From an uncultured delta proteobacterium (lineage in GTDB: Bacteria; Myxococcota_A; Polyangia; Palsa-1104), in NCBI GenBank assembly GCA_963785725.1, contig CAWAWS010000033.1, forward strand, positions 64,001 through 128,000: a stretch of 64,000 nucleotides of DNA, written 5' to 3'. Position numbers and translations under genes: made by a program. The first letter of the stretch is position 1; every line of letters begins with the position of its first letter. Under the pieces are notes generated by a model. The model saw only the letters and a list, made by a program, of their open reading frames with translations. It was not told the origin of the DNA and did no database searches. Below, piece by piece: positions 7,656-16,345 of the stretch.

Positions 7656-9791
7656 TTAAAGTCGCGCCACGCGAACCGGCACGCCGCTGAAGACGGCGTT
7701 GCCCGACAGCGCGTCGAGCTCGTGCTCGTCGGTGAGATCGTTGGCGCTGACGCCCGCGTGCGCGCCGGCGACGGCCAGCGCCACGCCGTCGCGACCGTGG
7801 CCCCAGCCGTGCGGCAAGCTGACGATGCCGTGCCCGACCTCGCTCGACACCGCCAGCGGCACCTCGAGCTTGCCGACGCGCGACTCGACCGTCACGCGCT
7901 GCCCGTCGACGAGCCCGCGCGACTCGGCGTCCCGCGGATGCATCAACAACGTGCACGCCTCCGGCCCTTTGACGAGCCGCTGGCTGTTGTGCATCCACGA
8001 GTTGTTGCTGCGCAGGTTGCGGCGACCGATGAGCAGCAGCTGATCGCTCACGCTCGCCGCCGGCGCGTTCAGCTCGGCATCGAGCCGCTCGACGTCGGCC
8101 ACGAACAGCGGCGGCGCCAGCGCGATCCGCCGCGTCTTGGTCTGCAGCAGCTGGCCGAGCCGCGGCTCGAGCGCGCCCAAATCGAGCCCGTGCGGCTTTT
8201 GCAGCAGCTTGGCCACCGACAGCTTGTGCGGACCAAAGCGCAACAGCAGATCGAGCGCGCGCTTCGGACCGCCGGCCAGCTTCAGCGCGCGCAACATGAG
8301 GCTCAGCTTCGGCTCGCGCCGCCCGCCGCCGTGCCGGCGCAGCGCCAGCGCCAGATCGACGAGCACCTGCCAGTCGTGACGCACGCCCGGCGGCGGCTGC
8401 AAGATCGCGCGCGCATAGCGAGCCGCGTTGCGCACCGACAGCGCGTAGAAGGCCAGGTCGTAATGATCGCGCTCGAAGCCGAAGCTCGTCGGCAAGATGA
8501 GGTTCGCGTGGCGCGTCGTCTCGTTGCGATAGAGATCGATCGACACCATGAAGTCGAGCTTGGGCAGCGCCCGCTCCAGCCGCGCGCCGTTGGGCGTCGA
8601 CAAGACGGGGTTGCCGGCGTGCGTGATGAGCGCGCGAATTTGGCCGTCGCCGGGCGTGTCGATCTCCTCGGCCAGCGTCGCGGCGGGCAGCTCGCCGCCG
8701 AACTCGGGCAGGCCGCGCACGCGGCTCTTCCAGGCGCCGAAGTGACCGCGTTCGCCGAGGCGCGACGCGAGGTCGACGAGGTCGGCGGCCGGCGTCGGAA
8801 ACATGGCGCCGCCGGCGCGATCGACGTTGCCGGTGACGATGTTGAGCGCGTTGACGAGCCACGCGGCGATGCCGCCGAACGCCTGCGTGCAGATGCCGAC
8901 GCGGCCGTAGGCGACCGCCGACTTGGCGGCCGCGAGCTCGCGCGCCAGCGTGCGCAGCGTCTCGGCCGCGACGCCGGTCGACGCCGCCACGCGCTCGGGC
9001 GAAAAGCGCAGCGCCAACGCCCGCAAGGTCTCGACGCCGTCGACGCCAAGCGTCAGTCGCTCTAAGCGATCGAGCCGTTCGGCGAAGATCACGTGCAAGA
9101 GCGCCAACAACAGCAGCGCGTCGGCGCCGGGGCGAATGAACAGGTGTTGATCGGCGATGGCCGCCGTCTCCGAGCGCCGCGGGTCGACGACGACGAGCCG
9201 GCCGCCGCGCGCGCGCAGCGCCGCCAGCCGCTTGCCGACGCCGGGCGCCGTCATCAAGCTGCCGTTCGACACCAGCGGATTGGCGCCGAGCACGAGCAGA
9301 AAATCGGTGCGGTCGATGTCCGGGATCGGCAGCGCCAGCTGATGCCCGAACATTTGCAGCGACGCCAACATGTGCGGCAGCTGATCGACCGACGTCGCCG
9401 AAAAGCGGGTGCGCGTGTTGAGCGCCTTGGAGAAGAGCGGCACCGCCATCAGCGCCGTATAGCTGTGCACGGTCGGGTTGCCGAGATAGAGCGCCAGCGC
9501 GTTGCGGCCGTACTGCTTCTGCGCGGCCGCCAAGCGCGCGCCGGCTTCGTCGAGCGCCTCGTCCCACGACACCTCGTGCCAGCGATCGCCGACGCGCTTT
9601 TGCGGCGCGCGCAGGCGGTCGGGATCGTCGTGCATGTCGCGCAGCGCCGCGGCTTTGGGGCAGATGTGGCCGCGACTGAAGGGATCCTCGGCGTCGCCAC
9701 GCACCGACGTGACGCGGTTGTTCTCGACCTCGACCGACAGGCCGCAGACGGCCTCGCAGAGCATGCAGGTATGGAGGCGCGTCTCGACCAT
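7656..9791 (-). CDS. Molybdopterin (bis-MGD) oxidoreductase family protein
   Basis: N-terminal CMLCEAVC...ICPK 4Fe-4S motif, GANPLVSNGS, VVVDPRRSETA, NETTRHA, C-terminal molybdopterin dinucleotide-binding region (MHPRDA, SLPHGWG). Confidence 0.92.
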   Translation of the reverse strand: MVETRLHTCMLCEAVCGLSVEVENNRVTSVRGDAEDPFSRGHICPKAAALRDMHDDPDRLRAPQKRVGDRWHEVSWDEALDEAGARLAAAQKQYGRNALALYLGNPTVHSYTALMAVPLFSKALNTRTRFSATSVDQLPHMLASLQMFGHQLALPIPDIDRTDFLLVLGANPLVSNGSLMTAPGVGKRLAALRARGGRLVVVDPRRSETAAIADQHLFIRPGADALLLLALLHVIFAERLDRLERLTLGVDGVETLRALALRFSPERVAASTGVAAETLRTLARELAAAKSAVAYGRVGICTQAFGGIAAWLVNALNIVTGNVDRAGGAMFPTPAADLVDLASRLGERGHFGAWKSRVRGLPEFGGELPAATLAEEIDTPGDGQIRALITHAGNPVLSTPNGARLERALPKLDFMVSIDLYRNETTRHANLILPTSFGFERDHYDLAFYALSVRNAARYARAILQPPPGVRHDWQVLVDLALALRRHGGGRREPKLSLMLRALKLAGGPKRALDLLLRFGPHKLSVAKLLQKPHGLDLGALEPRLGQLLQTKTRRIALAPPLFVADVERLDAELNAPAASVSDQLLLIGRRNLRSNNSWMHNSQRLVKGPEACTLLMHPRDAESRGLVDGQRVTVESRVGKLEVPLAVSSEVGHGIVSLPHGWGHGRDGVALAVAGAHAGVSANDLTDEHELDALSGNAVFSGVPVRVARL

Positions 9792-9826
9792 GCCTCAGCA
9801 TGCCACGGAGACAGGCCGCTGGCATC

Positions 9827-9855
9827 CGTTACACAAACCGCTTTTGTTTGTAACG
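9827..9855. promoter_or_regulatory. Imperfect palindrome in the divergent promoter region
   Basis: CGTTACACAAAC...GTTTGTAACG in the relatively AT-rich 9792-10008 intergenic region. Confidence 0.35.
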
Positions 9856-10008
9856 AAACATAGCCGGTTACCGCGATTGGCAATTGCGGCAAAGCGGCGC
9901 GCTATCCGACATTTGGCGAGGAGGCGCGGCAATATGTCGCATTACGGTGCTGTAAAACAGTGATTAAATCGTGCTTGGGGGGCAACCGTTCGCATTTGGG
10001 GGCCCGGT

Positions 10009-11775
10009 ATGTCGGCACGCTCACTCACGCTCTTTGACGAGGGAACGGCCACGTTTGCAAAGCTGGCGACGGCGCTGGAGCTCGGCGACGAACCGTCGGC
10101 GCTCTTCGCTTCGCTGATTTCGCCGCTGGCGGAGCTGTCGACGCAGGAGGCGCCGGCGTGGCCCTCCGATATCAGCGACGATCACACGCCCTTCGAGCTG
10201 TCGGTGGCGCTAAGCGATCGCGGCGCCGAGGCGCGCTGCCTGTTCGAGGCGCGCGGCCTGACGCCCGACGTCGCCGCGCGCGCGACCGCGGCGCGCGAGC
10301 TGAACCAGCGGCTGGCGACGCGGCACGCGCTCGATCTATCGCGCCTCGACACCGTCGCCGACCTGTTCTTGCCGGCCAATCCGCACGGCAGCTGGGCCAT
10401 GTGGCACGCCGTCGCCTTTCGGCCGCAGCGCGTCCCCGAGTTTCGCGTCTATCTCAACCCGCACGCGCGCGGTCCCGGTCGCGCCGGCGCCGTGGTCGAA
10501 GAGGCGCTGCTGCGGCTGGGCTTCTCGGGCGCGTTCCGCACGATCTTGACGCACGCGCTGCGTCGCGGCCCCGAGCTCGACGATCTGCGCTACTTCTCGC
10601 TCGATCTGACGCCGACCGAGGCGCGCGTCAAAGTGTACGTCTTTCACGAAGATGCCGACGCCGAGCTGCTCGAAGAGGCGGCGCGCGGCGCGCACAATTA
10701 CATGCCGGGTGAAGTGCCCGACTTTTGCCGCGCCATGGCCGGCGCCGGCCCGTGGCGCGCGCGGCCGATCGCGACCTGTTACGCCTTCACCGCCGCCGAT
10801 CGCACGCGGCCGATGACCTCGACCGTGCACGTGCCGATTCGCGCCTACGCGCCCGACGACCGCATCGCCACCAAGCGGCTCATCTCGTATGCCGACCATC
10901 GCGGCGTGGGCGCCGCCGACCTGCAGCGGTCGATCGACGCCGTCGCGCGCCGCCCGCTCGCCGCCGGCTCGGGCCTCGTCACCTACGCGTCCATGCGCGC
11001 CGAAGGCGCCAAGCCGCGGCTGACCGCGTATCTGGCCGTCGAATGCTACGCGACCGACCCGCCGCGCCCGGAGGCGATCGCGCCGCGCAAACAGCCGCCC
11101 CTGCCGGTGGCGGAAGCCATCGTGCGCCGCCGCGAAGCCGAGCCGTTGACGGACCACCCGTTCTTCCAGCGCATGCAGCGGGAGACGGTCGATCTCGGAC
11201 ATATGTGGCGGCTGTTCACCAACATTCGCTCCGGGCTGTCGCAGCATTTTCCGCGGCGGCTGGCGGCCGTCGTCGCCCGCGTGACCGACGAGCGCATTCG
11301 CTCGCTGTTGGCCAAGCAGCTGGACGAAGAGCTGGGCGAGGGCGATTATACCAAGGCCCATTTGGTGCTCTTCGACGACATGCTGGCCGGCCTCAGCGCT
11401 TACAAGCCGGCGCACGTGGACGCGCTCGACTTCGAGGCCGGTCGCGTGCTCGAAGCGCAGCTGGAAGTGCCCTATGCCGACGCCGATGGTCATGTCGGCG
11501 TGGGCGCGGCGATGGTCATCGAGGTCTTCGGCAAGCAGGTCGATCGCTTCGTGGCCGATCAATTTCGCCGCCAGCGCGAGGTCGCGCCCGACACGCTGAC
11601 GTGGCTGCACTTGCACGAGAACCTCGAGCTCGAGCACGCCGAGGAGTCGATCGATCTGGCGCGGCTGGTGCCCGCGACGCCGGACGCGCAGGCCGCCGTC
11701 AGCCGCGGCGCGCGCGCCGTGTTCGACGCCGGCTGGCTCTTCTTCGACCACATGTATCGCGCGTGCTGGCGATGA
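10009..11775 (+). CDS. Fusion of a DMATS-type (tryptophan/indole) aromatic prenyltransferase and a C-terminal heme-oxygenase-like diiron oxidase domain
   Basis: N-terminal SDISDDHTPFELSV, WHAVAF, FRVYLNP, YFSLDL, ARVKVY, TVHVPIR, LTAYLA; Pro-rich linker; C-terminal HPFF, DEELGEGDYTKAH, VIE, HENLELEH. Confidence 0.85.
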   Translation: MSARSLTLFDEGTATFAKLATALELGDEPSALFASLISPLAELSTQEAPAWPSDISDDHTPFELSVALSDRGAEARCLFEARGLTPDVAARATAARELNQRLATRHALDLSRLDTVADLFLPANPHGSWAMWHAVAFRPQRVPEFRVYLNPHARGPGRAGAVVEEALLRLGFSGAFRTILTHALRRGPELDDLRYFSLDLTPTEARVKVYVFHEDADAELLEEAARGAHNYMPGEVPDFCRAMAGAGPWRARPIATCYAFTAADRTRPMTSTVHVPIRAYAPDDRIATKRLISYADHRGVGAADLQRSIDAVARRPLAAGSGLVTYASMRAEGAKPRLTAYLAVECYATDPPRPEAIAPRKQPPLPVAEAIVRRREAEPLTDHPFFQRMQRETVDLGHMWRLFTNIRSGLSQHFPRRLAAVVARVTDERIRSLLAKQLDEELGEGDYTKAHLVLFDDMLAGLSAYKPAHVDALDFEAGRVLEAQLEVPYADADGHVGVGAAMVIEVFGKQVDRFVADQFRRQREVAPDTLTWLHLHENLELEHAEESIDLARLVPATPDAQAAVSRGARAVFDAGWLFFDHMYRACWR

Positions 11776-12923
11776 CGTTGCCGCCCGAGGTCGCCGCGTG
11801 GCGCGCGCGCTTTCCGACGCTGAACGCGCGCACCTACTTCGCCACGCAGTGCCTGGGCCCGATTCCCGAAGCGGCCTTGCGCGACCTCGACGACTACCGC
11901 GACACGCTCCTTCTGCGTTCGCGCGGCTTGGGTGCCTGGATCGAGCGCATGGACGAGCTGCACGGCCTGTGCGAGCAGCTGCTCGGCGGCGCCGCCGGCT
12001 CGGTCGCGCTCATGCCGAGCGCGACGGCGGCGCACGGCGCGCTGGCGGCGGCGATTCGCCCGACCGAGCGGCGCAACCGCATCCTCGTCAGCTCGCTCGA
12101 CTTTCATTCGACGCGCTATCTGTGGCAGGCACAAAAAGAGCGTGGCTTCGTCGTGCGCGAGCTGACGTCGGAGGACGATGCGACGCTGCCGGCCGAGCGC
12201 GTCCTGCGCGAGCTCGACAATCGCGTCGCCATCGTCGCGCTGTCGCTGGTGTCGCCGCGCTCGGGCGCGCTGCTCGAGCTGGCGCCGATCTTGGCGGCGG
12301 CGCGCGCGTGCGGTGCCCGCGTCGTCGTCGACGCTTACCAAGCCGTCGGCGTCGTGCCCATCGACGTCGCCGCGCTCGGCGTCGACGCGCTCGTCGGCGG
12401 CACGCACAAGTGGCTGTGCGGCGGCGGCACCGGCCTCGCATTTTTGTACGTCGCGCCCGAGTGGTGCGCGACGCTGACGCCGGTCTATCCCGGCTGGCTG
12501 GCGCACCTCGAGCTCTTGGGGTTCGCCGATCGCTTCGTGCCGCACGTGGGCGCGCGCCGTTTTCAGCAGGGAACGCCGGCGCTGGAGCCGATTTACACGG
12601 CGCGCGCCGGCTTGCGGTTCGCGCTCGACGTCGGCGTCGCCACCATTCGCGCGCGCAATTTGCAGCTCGGCCGCCAGCTCATCGACGGCGTGACCGCGCT
12701 CGGCCTCAAGTTGCGCACGCCGCCCGCCGACGCCGCGCGCGGCGGCATGCTCGTCGTCGACGTCGCCGACGACAAAGGCGAGGCCATCGTCGAGCAGCTG
12801 GCCGAGCGCGGCATCGACATCGACCATCGCCCCGGCGCCGGCATCCGCATGTCGCCGCACTACTGCACGAGCGAAGACGAATGTAAGCAGCTCCTGTCCG
12901 CGCTCGCCGAAGTCGCGCCATGA
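11772..12923 (+). CDS. Aminotransferase class V PLP enzyme (kynureninase-like)
   Basis: RARFP...TYFATQCLGP, VDAYQAVG, GGTHKWLCGG (PLP Lys), DHRPGAGIRMSPHY; ATGA overlap with the upstream stop. Confidence 0.88.
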   Translation: MTLPPEVAAWRARFPTLNARTYFATQCLGPIPEAALRDLDDYRDTLLLRSRGLGAWIERMDELHGLCEQLLGGAAGSVALMPSATAAHGALAAAIRPTERRNRILVSSLDFHSTRYLWQAQKERGFVVRELTSEDDATLPAERVLRELDNRVAIVALSLVSPRSGALLELAPILAAARACGARVVVDAYQAVGVVPIDVAALGVDALVGGTHKWLCGGGTGLAFLYVAPEWCATLTPVYPGWLAHLELLGFADRFVPHVGARRFQQGTPALEPIYTARAGLRFALDVGVATIRARNLQLGRQLIDGVTALGLKLRTPPADAARGGMLVVDVADDKGEAIVEQLAERGIDIDHRPGAGIRMSPHYCTSEDECKQLLSALAEVAP

Positions 12924-13981
12924 GCAATCCGATCGACTGGAGCGGCCGCGGCGGCGCCATCGACGAAGCCGGCCTCATGACGCTCAGCGCCGGCTTCGTC
13001 TTCTCCGCCGTCTTGCACGCCGCCGTCGAGGTGCAGCTGTTTGCTGCGCTGGGCGTCGAGCCGATCGCTGCCGTCGAGCTGGCCGAACGGCTCGGGCTCG
13101 CGCCGCGCGGCTTACAGCGCCTCCTCGACGCGCTGGCGCCGCTCGGCCTGGTCACGCGCCTCGACGACGACCGCTGGCAGGCCGCGCCCGTCGCCGCGCA
13201 GCTCTTGGCGCCGTCGTCGCCGTTCGCGCGCGTCTTGCGGCATCAGCAGCGTCACCTGTATCCGCTCTTTTTCCACCTCGGCGCCGCCGTGCGCACCGGC
13301 GCGCCGCAGCCGCTGCCCTGGCAAAGCGCCAATGGTGACGATCTGTATCATTCACTAGCGAATCAACCGCACGAGCTGGCGCTCTTTCTCGACGGCATGA
13401 ACGCCGCCAGCCGCGGCGTCGGCACGGCGATCGCCGCGCAAGCCGAGGTGGCGACGATGTCGCGCCTCATCGATCTGGGCGGCGGCGGCGGACAAGTCGC
13501 CATCGAGCTTTTGCAGGCCGCGCCGTCGCTGCGCGTCGACCTCGTCGACTTTCCGGGCGCCTGCGCCCACGCGCTCGCCGCCGCGCGTACGGCCGGCGTC
13601 GCCGATCGCCTGCGCGCGCTGCCTGGCGACCTCATGGGCACGCTGCCCGCGCTCCGTCCCGCCGACGCCGTGCTCTTCTCCGGCGTGCTCGGCGACTTCG
13701 ACGATTCCGCGCGCCAAATCCTGCTGTCGCGCGCGCACACGCTCTTGCACGCCGACGGTCGACTGCTCGTCTCCGAAACGCTCTTCGACGACGACGGCCG
13801 CGCGCCGCTCCTGCCGGCGCTGCTCGCGCTCAACATGCTGCTCGCGACGACGGGCGGCGACAACTTCACCTGCGCCGAGTGGCAGAGCATCCTCGCGCAG
13901 GGCGGCTTCGGCGACGTGCGCGTCTTTCGCAATCACGAGCGCGGCCTACGCGACCTCTTGATTGCGCGCCGAGCGCGCTGA
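12920..13981 (+). CDS. SAM-dependent methyltransferase (O-methyltransferase family 2 with N-terminal dimerisation domain)
   Basis: N-terminal wHTH-like dimerisation region, LIDLGGGGG SAM motif, PGDL, GRLLVSE, LNMLLATTGG; ATGA overlap. Confidence 0.9.
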   Translation: MSNPIDWSGRGGAIDEAGLMTLSAGFVFSAVLHAAVEVQLFAALGVEPIAAVELAERLGLAPRGLQRLLDALAPLGLVTRLDDDRWQAAPVAAQLLAPSSPFARVLRHQQRHLYPLFFHLGAAVRTGAPQPLPWQSANGDDLYHSLANQPHELALFLDGMNAASRGVGTAIAAQAEVATMSRLIDLGGGGGQVAIELLQAAPSLRVDLVDFPGACAHALAAARTAGVADRLRALPGDLMGTLPALRPADAVLFSGVLGDFDDSARQILLSRAHTLLHADGRLLVSETLFDDDGRAPLLPALLALNMLLATTGGDNFTCAEWQSILAQGGFGDVRVFRNHERGLRDLLIARRAR

Positions 13982-15238
13982 CGCCGACCGCTTGATGATC
14001 TCGGCCAAGACCAAGCCGAACAAGACGAACGTCGTAAACAACATGAACGCCGGCTGCAACGACGTGCGATTGGTCGTAATGACCGACATCGACGGCGTCG
14101 TCATATTCAAGTCCTTCAGCTGACTATCGAGGATCGACTTGAAGCCGACATAGGCCATGAAGATGGCGACGACCAAGACATCCGCCATCGACCACTTGCT
14201 CGTCTTGAACGCGATGAATTCGAGCGCCTTTCGCGGTTTGTCCCGCGCATTGCCGAGCAGGACGAGCTGCGTCGCAATCAGCTTCGAGATCGGCAACACG
14301 ATGCTGAACAGCAAGATCAGCGCGCCCACGAACAATGAATCGGGCGCATGATTGGCGAACAATGTATGCACCACCTGCATGATGCTCTTCGACTGATAGA
14401 ACAGCACTTGATCGTCGAAGCGCAGCGGCTCGCCCAACAAGACGAAGTCGACGCGCTGAATGCGGGCGTCGATCTCCATCATCGGCGACGCCAACCCCGC
14501 CAGCAGCGTCACCAACGCCAACAGCACCGACATGACGAAGAACGGCCTTTCGATCCAATCGAGGTCGCGGCGGTAATGAACGACGATCCATAAGCCGACG
14601 GTCAATATCAGGCTGACGACCAAGGCAAAGCTGTACCAATAGACGACGCGCTGTAATTCCTGAGCGAGCGCGGTCGTGCGTCGATTGAATTCACCGAGAT
14701 CCTTTACACCGAACTTCACGAAATAACGTCGTTGGTTATTCAGATCGATCGTCGTATCGCGCGTCTCGGCCGCATATTCGTTGAGCTTGCCGATCGCCAC
14801 CGTCTTCAATTCGCGGCGCGTCTCGGGTTTATTCGCCTCCGCGAGCGCGGCGTCGACCAGCAACGGAATCTTGTCGTGCGGGATCAACACACCAATCGCC
14901 GCCTTGCCGATCTTGCCTTTCACCGTCGGCGGCTGCATCTGCTCGACCTGCGCCAACAGCGCCGCCACTTCCTTCGCCAGCGCCGCGTGCAGCAGCTGCT
15001 GCTGTTTGTGCGTCAACGAGAAGTGCTCGATCTTGTGCGCCACTATCTTGCGTAAATGCTCGGTCCAGATATCGACCGACAACAGGCCATATTCGATGCT
15101 GTTCACTTCGCTATATTGCGCCTTCACGATCGCGCGCTCTTGCGAACGGCGATAAACCTGCACCGCGCACCCAATATCGATCGCGAACAACGCCGCCAAG
15201 CATGCGAGGATCGCGCCGCCGAACCAGCGTGACTTCAT
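13946..15238 (-). CDS. Paraquat-inducible protein A (PqiA) domain membrane protein
   Basis: Several TM segments, SKSIMQVVHTL, LFSIVLPISKL, SKWSMADVLVVAIFMAY. Confidence 0.8.
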   Translation of the reverse strand: MKSRWFGGAILACLAALFAIDIGCAVQVYRRSQERAIVKAQYSEVNSIEYGLLSVDIWTEHLRKIVAHKIEHFSLTHKQQQLLHAALAKEVAALLAQVEQMQPPTVKGKIGKAAIGVLIPHDKIPLLVDAALAEANKPETRRELKTVAIGKLNEYAAETRDTTIDLNNQRRYFVKFGVKDLGEFNRRTTALAQELQRVVYWYSFALVVSLILTVGLWIVVHYRRDLDWIERPFFVMSVLLALVTLLAGLASPMMEIDARIQRVDFVLLGEPLRFDDQVLFYQSKSIMQVVHTLFANHAPDSLFVGALILLFSIVLPISKLIATQLVLLGNARDKPRKALEFIAFKTSKWSMADVLVVAIFMAYVGFKSILDSQLKDLNMTTPSMSVITTNRTSLQPAFMLFTTFVLFGLVLAEIIKRSASARSARNQEVA

Positions 15239-15963
15239 CGTGAGGCGGGATCGTCGCTGAATTCATAGACGCTGAACGGCGCGTGCAAGACCGGCATGGC
15301 CACGTTGCGCACCGGAATTCCGCCCGGCGTAAGGCCGCGCTCCGTCCCTTTGTGCGCGTGCCCGTGAATCGCCAACTGCACATTGGTCTCGTCGATGACG
15401 TCGCTCAACAAATACGAGCCGAGAAACGGATAGAGCTCCAATTTCTCGCCGACCAGCGTGTCGCGCACCGGCGAATAATGCGTCAACGCCACGCGAATGT
15501 CGCAGCGCAGCCGTGCCAAGGATTCGCCGAGCGCGTCGGCCGCTTTGCGGGTGACGGCGATGAACGCCTTCATCGCGTCCTCGCCGAACGCGCTCGCCGA
15601 GGCGCCGCTGAAGCCGCCGCCGAAGCCTTTGGCGCCGGCGATTCCCACGCGCCGGCCGCGCACCTCAATCGTCGTCGACTCGCCTTCGAGCACGCAAATG
15701 CCGGCTCTCTCCATCATTCGCCGAATCGGGATTTGCTGCTCCAAGTTGTAATCGTGATTCCCCAAGATCGCGACCACGGGAACGCCGGCGCCTTTGAGCG
15801 GCGACACCAGCGCTTCCGCCTCTTGCAGCGCGCCGTGCTGGGTCAAATCGCCGGCGAAGAGCAAGAGGTCGGACTCGGCGGCGAGCCGCGCGCAGCCGGC
15901 CACCCACTCCGGCGACGGCCGATCGCCGGCGTGCACGTCGCCGATGGCGGCGATGCGAATCAT
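15235..15963 (-). CDS. Calcineurin-like metallophosphoesterase
   Basis: GDVH, AGDLT, GNHD, THYSP, HGHAH motifs. Confidence 0.92.
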   Translation of the reverse strand: MIRIAAIGDVHAGDRPSPEWVAGCARLAAESDLLLFAGDLTQHGALQEAEALVSPLKGAGVPVVAILGNHDYNLEQQIPIRRMMERAGICVLEGESTTIEVRGRRVGIAGAKGFGGGFSGASASAFGEDAMKAFIAVTRKAADALGESLARLRCDIRVALTHYSPVRDTLVGEKLELYPFLGSYLLSDVIDETNVQLAIHGHAHKGTERGLTPGGIPVRNVAMPVLHAPFSVYEFSDDPASR

Positions 15964-16217
15964 CGAATGCGCTCGTGCCGCGGCGGGTGCAGCGGCCGAT
16001 AAACGGTGAGCCGATTGACGATCGTCAAGTGCGGCGCATGCTCGCGCGCAATCTGCTCGGCGACGATCAGCAGCTCGTGCGACGCCAATTCGCCGTGCAA
16101 ATGCAGCACGTCGGCGACGATGCGCACTTCGATGTCGAGCACGTTGAGGCGCGGGTCATCGGCGAGCGCGTCGCGAATGTGGCTCGCCAAGTGCTCGGGA
16201 ACGGTAGAGCGGCCCAT
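15960..16217 (-). CDS. Small BON-domain protein
   Basis: IRDALADDPRL...IEVRI...LHLHG...IVNRLTV pattern; 4-bp overlap with the next gene. Confidence 0.7.
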   Translation of the reverse strand: MGRSTVPEHLASHIRDALADDPRLNVLDIEVRIVADVLHLHGELASHELLIVAEQIAREHAPHLTIVNRLTVYRPLHPPRHERIR

Positions 16218-16345
16218 ACTGGGGATTTCGGCACGGAACCGCCGCGTGCAAGCCGCGCACGCGCGACCGTCGCCGCCGCTAAGTAAACAGCTGTTTACTA
16301 GACCGCGTCGCCTGGCGCGTCATCCGTCGCGCGGCGCGGTGCTGC

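Noticed and set aside
7087..9825. 912-aa ORF
   Set aside because: Alternate-frame shadow of the molybdopterin gene; only the last 161 aa form a credible lipoprotein.
10725..11771. N-terminal extension of the 732-aa ORF
   Set aside because: Off-frame overlap with the prenyltransferase gene; the credible start is the coupled ATG at 11772.
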